Of a DNA stretch of 64,000 nt, positions 56,486 to 64,000 are shown in pieces. Within the stretch, counting starts at the first letter, position 1. Every line of letters starts with the position of its first letter. Location of the stretch: assembly GCA_965247555.1 (NCBI GenBank), contig CBDFHR010000009.1, positions 1,876,045-1,940,044 on the forward strand, read 5' to 3'. The DNA is from Dehalococcoidia bacterium. GTDB taxonomy: Bacteria > Chloroflexota > Dehalococcoidia > Lucifugimonadales > VXLM01. A program made the translations under genes and the position numbers. The notes under the pieces were generated by a model. The model saw nothing but the letters and a program-made list of their open reading frames with translations, ran no database searches and was not told where the DNA came from.

Positions 56486-56962
56486 CTAGGATGAGTGCTC
56501 TGGATCTGGGTCTGGCGCTTCACCGAAGAGGTAGTGGGCTCCGGCGCCGGCTCCGGCGGCTCGGTCGCCAGGATTGAAGATACCGCAGTTTTCAAGCGAG
56601 AGACAGCCGCAGCCGATGCATCCGGACAGTCTATCCCTCAGCGCCTCGAGCTCAGCGATGCGGTTGTCCAGCGAACCGCGCCACGTCTCGGATAGGCGCT
56701 CCCAGTCGTAGCGGTTCGGGGTCCGCGATTGAGGGAGCGCGTTCAGCGTGCTTCGTATTTCCTCTAGGGTGAGTCCGAGAATCTGAGCGGCGCGAATGAC
56801 CGCAACACGCCGCAGAGTCTCCCGGGCATACTGACGCTGGCCGCCCGACGTTCTCTCCGAAGCGATCAGCCCGCGCTCCTCATAGTAGCGGAGCGTAGAT
56901 GTCCGAACACCGCTTCGAGACGCCATCTCCCCGATCGTGTGCCTGTTCGGCTGCGCTCGCAT
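56486..56962 (-). CDS. soxR: Redox-sensitive MerR-family regulator SoxR
   Basis: HTH IGEMASRSGVRTSTLRYYEERGLI and [2Fe-2S] cluster motif CIGCGCLSLENCGIFN. ATG 56962 is preceded by GGAGGA. Confidence 0.92.
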   Translation of the reverse strand: MRAQPNRHTIGEMASRSGVRTSTLRYYEERGLIASERTSGGQRQYARETLRRVAVIRAAQILGLTLEEIRSTLNALPQSRTPNRYDWERLSETWRGSLDNRIAELEALRDRLSGCIGCGCLSLENCGIFNPGDRAAGAGAGAHYLFGEAPDPDPEHSS

Positions 56963-56981
56963 CACTCCTCCATGAAAAGGG

Positions 56982-57012
56982 TTGACTTCAAGTATACTTG
57001 AAGTTGTAGAGT
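56982..57012 (+). promoter_or_regulatory. SoxR-box promoter: TTGACT - 19-bp spacer with 20-bp perfect palindrome - TAGAGT
   Basis: ACTTCAAGTATACTTGAAGT (56985-57004) is a perfect palindrome overlapping the -35 element. The 19-bp spacer is the MerR-family hallmark, and the sequence resembles the soxS operator CCTCAAGTTAACTTGAGG. It faces the transketolase genes. Confidence 0.8.
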
Positions 57013-57018
57013 CGTTCC

Positions 57019-57741
57019 ATGAGACCAGTGAAACTCCATCCAAATCAACCTACGCTGGCGCCGATGATGTCGTACGAGGACCTGCCCGGCCTCAGAACGT
57101 TAATGACCGGCGATGAGAAGCACGAACTCGCCTCCGAGTCCACGCTGGACGTGTTATGGGTACTGTATGACCGGGTTCTCAATGTGGACCCGCAAGCTCC
57201 GGACGATCCGGGTCGCGACCGTTTTCTGCTCTCCAAGGGTCACGGCCCGATGGCCTACTATGCCGTTCTGGCGGCGAAGGGGTTTATTCCGATTGACGCC
57301 CTCCCCACGTTCGGACGGTACGACTCGATTCTTGGCCAGCACCCTGATCGTGCCCTCATAGCGGGCGTGGAACTCTCCAGTGGATCGCTCGGACACGGCC
57401 TGCCCATCGCCGTAGGTGTGGCAGCGGCGTTGGACCTGAAGGGCGATGTCGGACCGAGGGTCTTCTGCCTTGTCGGTGATGCGGAACTGGACGAGGGCAG
57501 CAACCACGAGGCGATAGCCGTCGCTGGTCGGCTTGGATTGTCCAGGTTGACGGTCTGTGTCATCGACAATCGTTCGGCAACCCACGGCTGGCCAGGCGGC
57601 ATAGAGAGGCGCTTCAAACTCGGGGGCTGGTCTGCGGTAACCGTCGACGGCCGCGATCACGATGCTATCGAGGACGCCTTCTCGGTGGCCCACCAGGGCC
57701 GCCCGCACGTCGTCGTGGCCGAGGTAGAGAGGAAGAGCTAG
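57019..57741 (+). CDS. Transketolase, N-terminal (TPP-binding) subunit
   Basis: LLSKGHGPMAYYAVLA, GSLGHGLPIAVG and GDAELDEGSNHEA. The alternative start is 57064. Confidence 0.88.
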   Translation: MRPVKLHPNQPTLAPMMSYEDLPGLRTLMTGDEKHELASESTLDVLWVLYDRVLNVDPQAPDDPGRDRFLLSKGHGPMAYYAVLAAKGFIPIDALPTFGRYDSILGQHPDRALIAGVELSSGSLGHGLPIAVGVAAALDLKGDVGPRVFCLVGDAELDEGSNHEAIAVAGRLGLSRLTVCVIDNRSATHGWPGGIERRFKLGGWSAVTVDGRDHDAIEDAFSVAHQGRPHVVVAEVERKS

Positions 57742-57746
57742 ACCGA

Positions 57747-58863
57747 ATGCCTACTATGCGGGACCGCTTCATCAATGTCTCCGGAGAATTGCTGGACGAT
57801 CGGCCGGACTTGACCGTCGTCCTCGCCGACATCAGCTTTTCGCAATTCATGGAAGCCGGTGTGATAGAACGTCACCCCGGACGAGTTTTCAACGTCGGGA
57901 TCAGGGAGCAGCTGCTAGTAGGCTTCGCCTCGTACAGCGAGGACAGCCTGTGCGTGTTGAGGTTGTCCATCACCAGCACGATTCGCCGGGCTCTCAATGG
58001 ACGCTCCCTGACCTCGACTCGACGCTTCCCTTCCAGGGGCGCGAACAGCATGAACAGACTGCTCACTCCATTGCGCTCGTATTCGTAGTCGTAGGCCGAC
58101 ACCGCGCCGGGCGCTGTGGGACGGGGCACTCGCGCCGGGCTCTCAGGGGCCGATTGTCCACACCTATGCGCCGTTTCTGGTCGAGCGTCCGTTCGAGCAG
58201 GTCAAGCTCGACTTCGGCCACCAAAGGTTGGGTGCGGTCTTCGTCTCCGTGGGTGCATCGTACGACGCCGCCGCATCGGGGAGAACGCACCATGCGCCGG
58301 AGGACGTCGCACTCATGTCGACGCTGCCGGGATGGAGCGTGCATGTGCCCGGTCACCCGGACGAGGCCGAAGCAATCATACGTTCGGCGGCTGCCGGAAC
58401 GGGACTCGACTACATCCGTCTCGGTGCGTCGGTCAACCCCAAAGCCATCGCCTATTCGAGCGGTCTTACTCTGCTCCGGCGCGGATCTGACAGAGCCGTG
58501 GCTGTCATCGCCGTCGGTCCGAGTCTGGACCCTGTCCTCGAAGCCACGGCCGACCTCGATGCGACGGTCCTCTACGCATCGACCATAAGACCGTTCGATG
58601 CGGCCACGCTGCGGAGAGTCGTGGCCTCGCCCGCCGTCGTTCTTGTCGAGCCTTATCTAGCCGGGACCTCCTCGGCTGAGGTCTCGGAGGCCCTCAAGGA
58701 TGTCCCACACCGCCTGCTTGCGCTCGGCGTCGCCCGTCGAGAGCACCGGCGCTACGGCAGCAGGCTGGAACATGATCGTGCGTACGGGCTCGACGCCGCA
58801 GGCATCCGCCGCAGCATAACCGACTTCCTCGCATTGGCAGCATTCCTTCGTGGGCGACTCTAA
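57747..58863 (+). pseudogene. Transketolase C-terminal subunit gene, interrupted by ~190 bp of foreign sequence
   Basis: MRDRFINVSGELL..HPGRVFNVGIREQLLVGFAS stops making sense at ~57932. It resumes in another frame at ~58126 (ALAPGSQGPIVHTYAPFLVERPFEQVKLD...). Confidence 0.8.
57931..58125 (-). mobile_element. Internal fragment of an IS630-family transposase gene (no ends)
   Basis: YDYEYERNGVSSLFMLFAPLEGKRRVEVRER..RIVLVMDNLNTHRLSSLYEA; it is itself internally deleted. Confidence 0.7.
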
Positions 58864-59232
58864 GATCAACCCGTGCAACAGGGATCACGCACCCAGGTTT
58901 CTATGGTCGGAAACCTTGGAGAAAGCCAAACAGTGCAATCATTATTACCGCACCCGAAACCCGATGTGAATACTTTTGGCGTCCAACCGCCCAAATCGTT
59001 CACTTTAGTTACAGGAAACTTCAACAAAAGTTCACAGGAGTTCAGGCGCCGACCGCTGTACCCCGAATCTTCCCAGGCCAATAGCCGCCTTGGGTAGACA
59101 AGCGCGCCGGCTTGGTCCACCGCGCCAGAAGTCTGGTTCGGCTGAATAGGTGACTCGCGTTGCCGACGATGCGATAATTGTGGACAACATCGACCCCGAT
59201 GATTCAATCCTGACCCCGGCGAGGAGGCCACA

Positions 59233-59730
59233 GTGACGACGACCGACGAGGTACTGGAGAGTAACGCTCGATACGCGGAGAGCTTTGACAAGGGCAGCTT
59301 GCCCCTGCCGCCGGCGCGCGGCCTGGCGGTTGTGGCGTGCATGGACGCACGCCTCGATACCCACAAACTGCTGGGTCTCGACGAAGGGGACGCGCACGTG
59401 ATACGCAATGCGGGTGGCGTGGTCAGCGACGACGTGATTCGCTCCCTTGTGATTTCTCAGCGCCTGCTGGGCACACGCGAGATAGTGCTAATCCACCACA
59501 CAGACTGCGGCATGCTGACCTTCCGAGACGACGACGTCAAGGACACAATCGAGGCCGATACGGGGCTTCGGCCGGCGTTCGCGCTGGAAGCGTTCGGAGA
59601 CTTGGAACAGGATGTGCGACAGTCGATTTCACGCATCCAGGCCAACCCTTTCATCCCCCTGAAGGACCAGGTTCGGGGCTTCGTATACGATTGCGCCACC
59701 GGCCGGCTTAACGAGGTCGCCCCCGCCTGA
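59233..59730 (+). CDS. Beta-class carbonic anhydrase
   Basis: VVACMDARLD (Cys-x-Asp-x-Arg) and IHHTDCGM (His-x-x-Cys); 165 aa. Confidence 0.9.
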   Translation: MTTTDEVLESNARYAESFDKGSLPLPPARGLAVVACMDARLDTHKLLGLDEGDAHVIRNAGGVVSDDVIRSLVISQRLLGTREIVLIHHTDCGMLTFRDDDVKDTIEADTGLRPAFALEAFGDLEQDVRQSISRIQANPFIPLKDQVRGFVYDCATGRLNEVAPA

Positions 59731-59960
59731 ATCCGGCGGGGCGGCATGTACCCCACCCCGGCCCATCTGGATTCCTGTGTCGGGGGCACGGGGTCATCCT
59801 CTGCTTGCGCAGGAACGACGGCGTGGGGGTGACGGTGTTGGGGGCGTGCGGTTCATTTTGCTAGCAGTGACGGTTGTGCAAAGGAACGGACAAGAGCTCG
59901 CAGATAGAGGTTGTGTTGGGATATGCTAGGCGGACATGCAGTGCTGGAGGACTATTGCTC

Positions 59961-60227
59961 ATGCAGGTGTATTGGCGTGAAGTGAGGAAGGGACAGAGGC
60001 TCATCCTGACGATGGATGACGGCCAGGAGCAGGAGGTAGGCGGGGTGAGGGCGACCAAGAGGGGCTTCGACGCCTTCGCCCAGACCTTCGGCTACGACCC
60101 CGGGCGGGCCCAAAAGGGCATGGCGTCCATGGAGGAGGCCAAGGGGTTCGTGGAGGGCTTTCGGCCCTGGGAGCTGCACGGCGCGATGGGCGTGACGGTG
60201 GACGACGAAGTGCGCCCGCAGGTCTAG
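59961..60227 (+). CDS. Hypothetical protein (88 aa)
   Basis: ATG 59961 (MQVYWREVRKGQRLILTMDDG..). G+C-rich, like the next gene. No family recognised. Confidence 0.35.
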   Translation: MQVYWREVRKGQRLILTMDDGQEQEVGGVRATKRGFDAFAQTFGYDPGRAQKGMASMEEAKGFVEGFRPWELHGAMGVTVDDEVRPQV

Positions 60228-60237
60228 TAGTCCGGGC

Positions 60238-60654
60238 ATGATCGGCTTCCTGGGCGGAACGGGACCTGAGGGTCGGGGCCTGGCCCTGCGGCTGGCCCTG
60301 GCGGGAGAGGATGTGATCATCGGCTCCCGTGACGGCTCCCGGGCCGCGGCGGCGGCCGAGGAGGTGGCCGGACTCGCGCCCGGCGCGGTCGTCGAGGGCG
60401 CCCTGAACGAGGAGACCGCAGCGCGGGCCGACGTCGTGTTCATAGCTGTGCCCTACTCCGTGCAGAGGCCCACTATCGAGCCCCTGGCCGGGCATCTCGC
60501 GGGCAAGGTCGTCGTGGGGGTCACTGTACCGGTCCGGTTCAGCAAGGGCGCAGCGTCGATCCAGCCGGTGCCCGACGGGTCCGCCGCGCTCGAGATCCAG
60601 GCCCTGCTTCCGAAGTCGATGGTGGTAGCGGCCTTCCAGACCATCAGCGCTTAG
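60238..60654 (+). pseudogene. NADPH-dependent F420 reductase (NpdG-like), 3'-truncated
   Basis: GFLGGTGPEGRGLALRLALAGEDVIIGSR Rossmann start and ..VVAAFQTISA, then a stop. Family members are about 80 residues longer. Composition changes abruptly after 60654. Confidence 0.65.
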
Positions 60655-60919
60655 AGCGCCTTTCGACCGAGTTCGACCGAATGTACTCCAGGGTGGGATG
60701 TCAAATGTACTTCTGACAAGTCGTGTCTTGGATCCACTAGGACTATGTCTGTTATAGACCTCTGCAGCAAACCAAGGTGCTTGAGTGTCTACCAATTTGG
60801 TTGAGTCATCGAGGTCTGCGTAGAGGACTGTGCCATCTAGCCCCCGATGGGCTATTTCCAGCGGTAGTGAAGCCGTGGCGCTGGCTAGCGTCATCTTTGC
60901 TGGAATTCCCTGTCAACAC

Positions 60920-61120
60920 TCAAACCGTCTCGAACTGCAACGCCGAGAGATTCAGGTTGGACGAGCGCTTGGAGAGATGGAGCATCTCTACCCCTACCAC
61001 TTCGTTCGATTCGTTGTAGTCGAGCACGACGCCGGGCGAAACCTCCTCGGACTCGACTATGGGGGAGTCGTCGAGGCGCAGGTAGAGCGCGTCCGCTTCC
61101 TTGTCCACGTTTAGCTTCAT
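60920..61120 (-). CDS. DUF2283-family small protein
   Basis: MKLNVDKEADALYLRLDDSPIVESEEVSPGVVLDYNESNEVVGVEMLHLS is the canonical DUF2283 pattern. Confidence 0.8.
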   Translation of the reverse strand: MKLNVDKEADALYLRLDDSPIVESEEVSPGVVLDYNESNEVVGVEMLHLSKRSSNLNLSALQFETV

Positions 61121-61221
61121 AGCTCACCTCTCATGCTACGATCAAAGAATACGCTCACCACGCGCCAGGGGGCAACGCGGGTGTTGACGGCAACGCGCAG
61201 TACGCCGTCGTAATGTAAGTT

Positions 61222-61491
61222 TCACGCATATTCGTATACTTGCATGGGAACGGACTTCGCTGCACTGCTTTGTCCATGGACCATAAGTCGCACCCTCTCC
61301 GTAGTTTCACGGCTGAAGGATCGCTCTCCACATCGCTGGCATACCGTAGACGGCACCCGACCGACTAGAACATAGCGACCGTCAACCTTGAATACCTCCT
61401 CCACGAACTCAATATGGCTCTCCTCCGCGTTGCAGACGTTACAGGCGATGCGTTCGAACACTTCTACCTCCTCCTTCTGTAATCTTCCCAC
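61222..61491 (-). CDS. YgiT-type zinc-finger protein (MqsA-N-like; putative antitoxin)
   Basis: Two CxxC pairs (CNVCN.., CQRCGE) and ..VLVGRVPSTVCQRCGERSFS... It overlaps the DUF4258 gene by 28 nt. Confidence 0.75.
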   Translation of the reverse strand: MGRLQKEEVEVFERIACNVCNAEESHIEFVEEVFKVDGRYVLVGRVPSTVCQRCGERSFSRETTERVRLMVHGQSSAAKSVPMQVYEYA

Positions 61492-61712
61492 TCATCTCCA
61501 CTTGGTTCATATAGCGTAACAATTCTGACTTTGGGTGACTCGGAGACGGATGCCTGAACGTGGAGTGGTCGCCCCGTTTCAGTGAAGCCCAATATTAGCC
61601 AAGTCGGTCCGTACTTGTCCTCCGGATACTCCTCGACAATGACGGCGCCAGCGCCCGCCTCTCTAATCTCCCGTTCGCTGATGTCTCTATTCCACCGCAC
61701 GCCTGAAAGCAT
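61464..61712 (-). CDS. DUF4258-family protein (putative toxin)
   Basis: ..ISEREIREAGAGAVIVEEYPEDKYGPTWLILGFTETGRPLHVQASV....VRIVTLYEP...W matches the DUF4258 pattern. Confidence 0.75.
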   Translation of the reverse strand: MLSGVRWNRDISEREIREAGAGAVIVEEYPEDKYGPTWLILGFTETGRPLHVQASVSESPKVRIVTLYEPSGDEWEDYRRRR

Positions 61713-61818
61713 GATGGGAGAAATCGAACTCGCCCTCCATGAGTTGGCGTCGGACCAGCTCCAGCGTCTTCACTGCCCCTCCTGCCCGATTCTCTCCTTG
61801 ATGACGTATTCCACAGTT

Positions 61819-62205
61819 CTAATCCGGCGAGTAACGGCAGTCCGACCATCTGTCTCCGCAAGGCTCGATATTCACCGCGAAGTCCGTTCTCGGCACTCCG
61901 TCGAATGTTACGGTATCGCCGACCTGCTTGACCGTACGCATCGCGGATGCCAGACTGCGATATCTTTGGGGGATCACGCGTTCACCTCCATCCGGAGTGC
62001 GAAGATACACATGATAGTGTTCCGACGCCGGTAAGTGACGCACAACCACTTCAACGGACTCCCCTACTGGAAGCTCCTGGTCCACGATTTCGATTTTGCC
62101 CCCGGGCAGCACCGTTGCTCTTATGTGCTGTGCCTTTTGCATGGTTCGTGTCTCCTTTGACAACGTGGGCAGCAAGTAGCGCGACTCCCGTAGAGGAATA
62201 GCCAC
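61819..62205 (-). CDS. Hypothetical protein (start possibly ATG 62142)
   Basis: MQKAQHIRATVLPGGKIEIVDQELPVGESVEVVVRH resembles small swapped-hairpin/AbrB-like antitoxin N-termini. The remainder is unassigned. Confidence 0.35.
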   Translation of the reverse strand: MAIPLRESRYLLPTLSKETRTMQKAQHIRATVLPGGKIEIVDQELPVGESVEVVVRHLPASEHYHVYLRTPDGGERVIPQRYRSLASAMRTVKQVGDTVTFDGVPRTDFAVNIEPCGDRWSDCRYSPD

Positions 62206-62275
62206 CCCTCACGCCCCATGCGGTACTTGAGGTCGTAGTTGATGGTAAAGTCCAGCCCCGCTACCAAAATATCAG

Positions 62276-62812
62276 TCAACGCCAGTTTCCCCATTGTGGT
62301 GAGCGCCTGATGACTTCCGCAACATATTTCCTACGATCCTCGTATTCGGGGTCTCCACCGAAATTCTCACTGTCAAGCACATCGACCAAACGCACCGCCA
62401 CCTCCGCAATCACTAATAGATTGTAGATTGCCTCCACTGGAAGCGGAGAATTGAGATCTTCGGCTCTCATTCGGAACGCTTCCCACACTCGTGCCTCAGC
62501 TTCTACGCGATCTTCCAGATGAGTCATAGCCCGAATCAGCGCGCCGTATTCGACGAAGGTCGCTCCGACCGTCCGAAATGTTTTGGTGCAGTACAGCGCC
62601 AGTTCTTCGAACCTTTGAAAGACATAGTACAGGGAGCCGTAGGAATCAATACCACAGGGGTACTCTTCTAGGATGCGACTCCGCTCAAGCACGAATTCAC
62701 GAGCTTCCTCGTAAGTTGGTAGCTTATGCTGTTCACCGTATTCACTGTACCGATATGGGTGCTCACGCCATTGTTGCACAGTATCAATGACCGCGTTTTT
62801 CGCCAAGCTCAT
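62276..62812 (-). CDS. Hypothetical helical protein (~178 aa from ATG 62812)
   Basis: The ORF-track start at 62914 would overlap a transposase remnant on the other strand. The sequence is non-repetitive. No family recognised. Confidence 0.4.
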   Translation of the reverse strand: MSLAKNAVIDTVQQWREHPYRYSEYGEQHKLPTYEEAREFVLERSRILEEYPCGIDSYGSLYYVFQRFEELALYCTKTFRTVGATFVEYGALIRAMTHLEDRVEAEARVWEAFRMRAEDLNSPLPVEAIYNLLVIAEVAVRLVDVLDSENFGGDPEYEDRRKYVAEVIRRSPQWGNWR

Positions 62813-62831
62813 AAGGCGGTCAATTGACCAC

Positions 62832-62963
62832 TTGGGAGGAGTGCTGCGTCGCATGGCGCTGAACATGCTCAAGCGTGAGACCACATCACAAGGGGGTGTG
62901 GCCGCCAAGCGCAAGCGCGCCGGATGGGACGAAGATTACCTACTCTTGGTACTGGCTCAGTGA
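62832..62963 (+). pseudogene. C-terminal remnant of an ISAs1-family transposase
   Basis: ..VLRRMALNMLKRETTSQGGVAAKRKRAGWDEDYLLLVLAQ* matches the characteristic ISAs1-type C-terminus. Confidence 0.55.
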
Positions 62964-63229
62964 AATGCGATTGCCCTGAGTGTTTAGTACAATACACAGC
63001 ACGCACAGTAAGGAGAAGGCAATGGGAGAAGAGGGATACACCCCTGACAATTACGCGCGGCAAGTAGAGTTTAGCGAAGCCTACCGCCTCAATGCCGAAC
63101 GCCTTGACCCGAATCCACCGAAGGAGGGCCTTGGGGACAGCCCTTGAAGAAGCGAGAGGGTGCCCCCATGAATCTGGGATAATGGTTTTGTAACAGCAAA
63201 CCGGCCCCAGAACAAGGAGCACCCAATAG

Positions 63230-64000
63230 ATGCTACCACGCAACCACCCCGACCGCATTCGTGTCTCTTTCGACGACCACCGGCTGGTGGCCAATGCCGG
63301 GCTGCTCCTTCCGGCCACCCTCGCCCATCACCTGGGCCTGCGGGAACTCGTCGACCATCACCTCGACCTGGGCGTCGCGCCGGGGCGGGCCAACACGGGG
63401 GACAAGATGCTGACGCTGGTCGCTTCCGCGCTGGCGGGCGGCGACTGCATCGACGACGCCGATGCGCTGCGCGCCGGTGGGACGGTCGGTGTTCTAGGCT
63501 GCGTGGTCAAGGCGCCATCCACCCTGGGGACCTTCCTGCGCAGCTTCCGGTGGGGGCATGTCCGTCAACTCGACCGCGTGAGCCGCCAGTTGTTGGCCCG
63601 GGCCTGGGCCGCTGGGGCCGGACCCGGCGACTCGCCCCTGACCATCGACTTGGACTCGACCATCTGCGAGACCTATGGACTGGCCAAGGAGGGAGCGCGC
63701 CACCACGGCTATACCGGCGCCCGCGGCTATCACCCGCTGCTGGCCATTGCCGCCGGCACCGGCGAGGTGCTGATGTCCCGGCTGCGCGAGGGCCGGGCCA
63801 ACACCGCCCGTGGCGCCGCCCACTTCCTGCGTGAGACGGTGGGGCGGGTGCGCTACGGCGGGGCCAGGGGACAACTCACGGTGCGGGCCGACAGCGGCTT
63901 CTACGCCCATAGCGTGGTATCCGTCTGCTGCAAGCTGGACGTGCGCTTCTCCATCACCATCCGCCAGCACAAAAGCCTGCGGAACCTGATCGAGGCCATA
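63230..64000 (+). CDS. IS1380-family transposase (5' part; runs off the right window edge)
   Basis: MLPRNHPDRIRVSFDDHRLVANAGLLLPATLAHHLGL..GDKMLTLVASALAGGDCIDDADALR..LDSTICETYG..GYHPLLA..RADSGFY. It is open to position 64000 and very G+C-rich. Confidence 0.85.
   Translation, partial: MLPRNHPDRIRVSFDDHRLVANAGLLLPATLAHHLGLRELVDHHLDLGVAPGRANTGDKMLTLVASALAGGDCIDDADALRAGGTVGVLGCVVKAPSTLGTFLRSFRWGHVRQLDRVSRQLLARAWAAGAGPGDSPLTIDLDSTICETYGLAKEGARHHGYTGARGYHPLLAIAAGTGEVLMSRLREGRANTARGAAHFLRETVGRVRYGGARGQLTVRADSGFYAHSVVSVCCKLDVRFSITIRQHKSLRNLIEAI

Noticed and set aside
58866-59232. ORFs 58866-59408(-) and 59032-59397(-), or a possible transposase remnant in the ~370-bp gap before the carbonic anhydrase gene.
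   Set aside because: No frame gives a recognisable peptide, and the ORFs run antisense into the well-supported carbonic anhydrase gene.
60655-60894. The minus-strand peptide LEIAHRGLDGTVLYADLDDSTKLVD..FAAEVY looked like the start of a class III nucleotidyl-cyclase-type domain. That would be of interest for signalling-based defence.
   Set aside because: Only ~45 residues are suggestive, and the expected downstream GDG/metal-binding motifs are absent in all frames. The ORF then runs antisense into the NpdG-like gene. This is too weak to call and is at most a gene fragment.
63022-63147. A 41-codon ORF (MGEEGYTPDNYARQVEFSEAYRLNAERLDPNPPKEGLGDSP) with a good AAGGAG 5 nt upstream.
   Set aside because: It has no recognisable family and lies between two transposase-related segments. 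Length and context are insufficient to call it a gene.

Overview
This is a G+C-rich bacterial chromosomal segment, and no exact GC value was computed. About half is ordinary housekeeping or catabolic DNA; the rest is mobile DNA, gene remnants and short palindromic repeats.

**Core genes**
- prs, an SDR, and a minus-strand sugar operon (2-hydroxyacid dehydrogenase, FGGY kinase, class II aldolase, small unknown, epimerase).
- ccmH-ccmF, a cyclophilin, an endonuclease-Q-like PHP protein and a GNAT.
- A CopC-CopD-cytochrome c fusion.
- A glycan-use cluster: family-5 SBP, esterase, propeller protein and BNR sialidase-like protein.
- soxR, with a textbook SoxR-box promoter facing a split transketolase.
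- A beta-carbonic anhydrase.
- A 23S rRNA gene (minus strand) followed only by initiator tRNA-Met. I recognised no 16S or 5S gene in the window.

**Accessory content**
- Three related IS5-family (IS1031-like) copies. One is a chimera of the other two types, and two carry a 24-bp hairpin insertion.
- A second IS5-family element with an adjacent MITE.
- An ISLre2-type transposase gene split by an IS630 element, a partial IS1380 transposase, and several transposase remnants.
- Toxin-antitoxin loci: VapBC, RelE with an atypically large upstream partner, and a DUF4258/YgiT/DUF2283 set.
- A visibly AT-richer islet carrying a Dam-type methyltransferase. It sits divergent from an HTH-fused, Mrr-like (PD-(D/E)xK-type) protein.
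- A roughly 2,170-codon secreted zinc-metalloprotease/Calx-beta/plant-type-LRR gene that is out of frame inside its catalytic domain.

**Best candidates for something undescribed**
- The MTase / HTH-nuclease islet (about 40.0-43.2 kb).
- The RelE / 270-aa partner pair (31.4-32.5 kb).
- The 36-bp hairpin repeat array that doubles as the 3' half of an ORF (0.6-1.1 kb).

A Chloroflexota-like or host-associated origin is only a guess. It rests on the unlinked rRNA, the eukaryote-like LRRs, the sialidase cluster and the repeat families.
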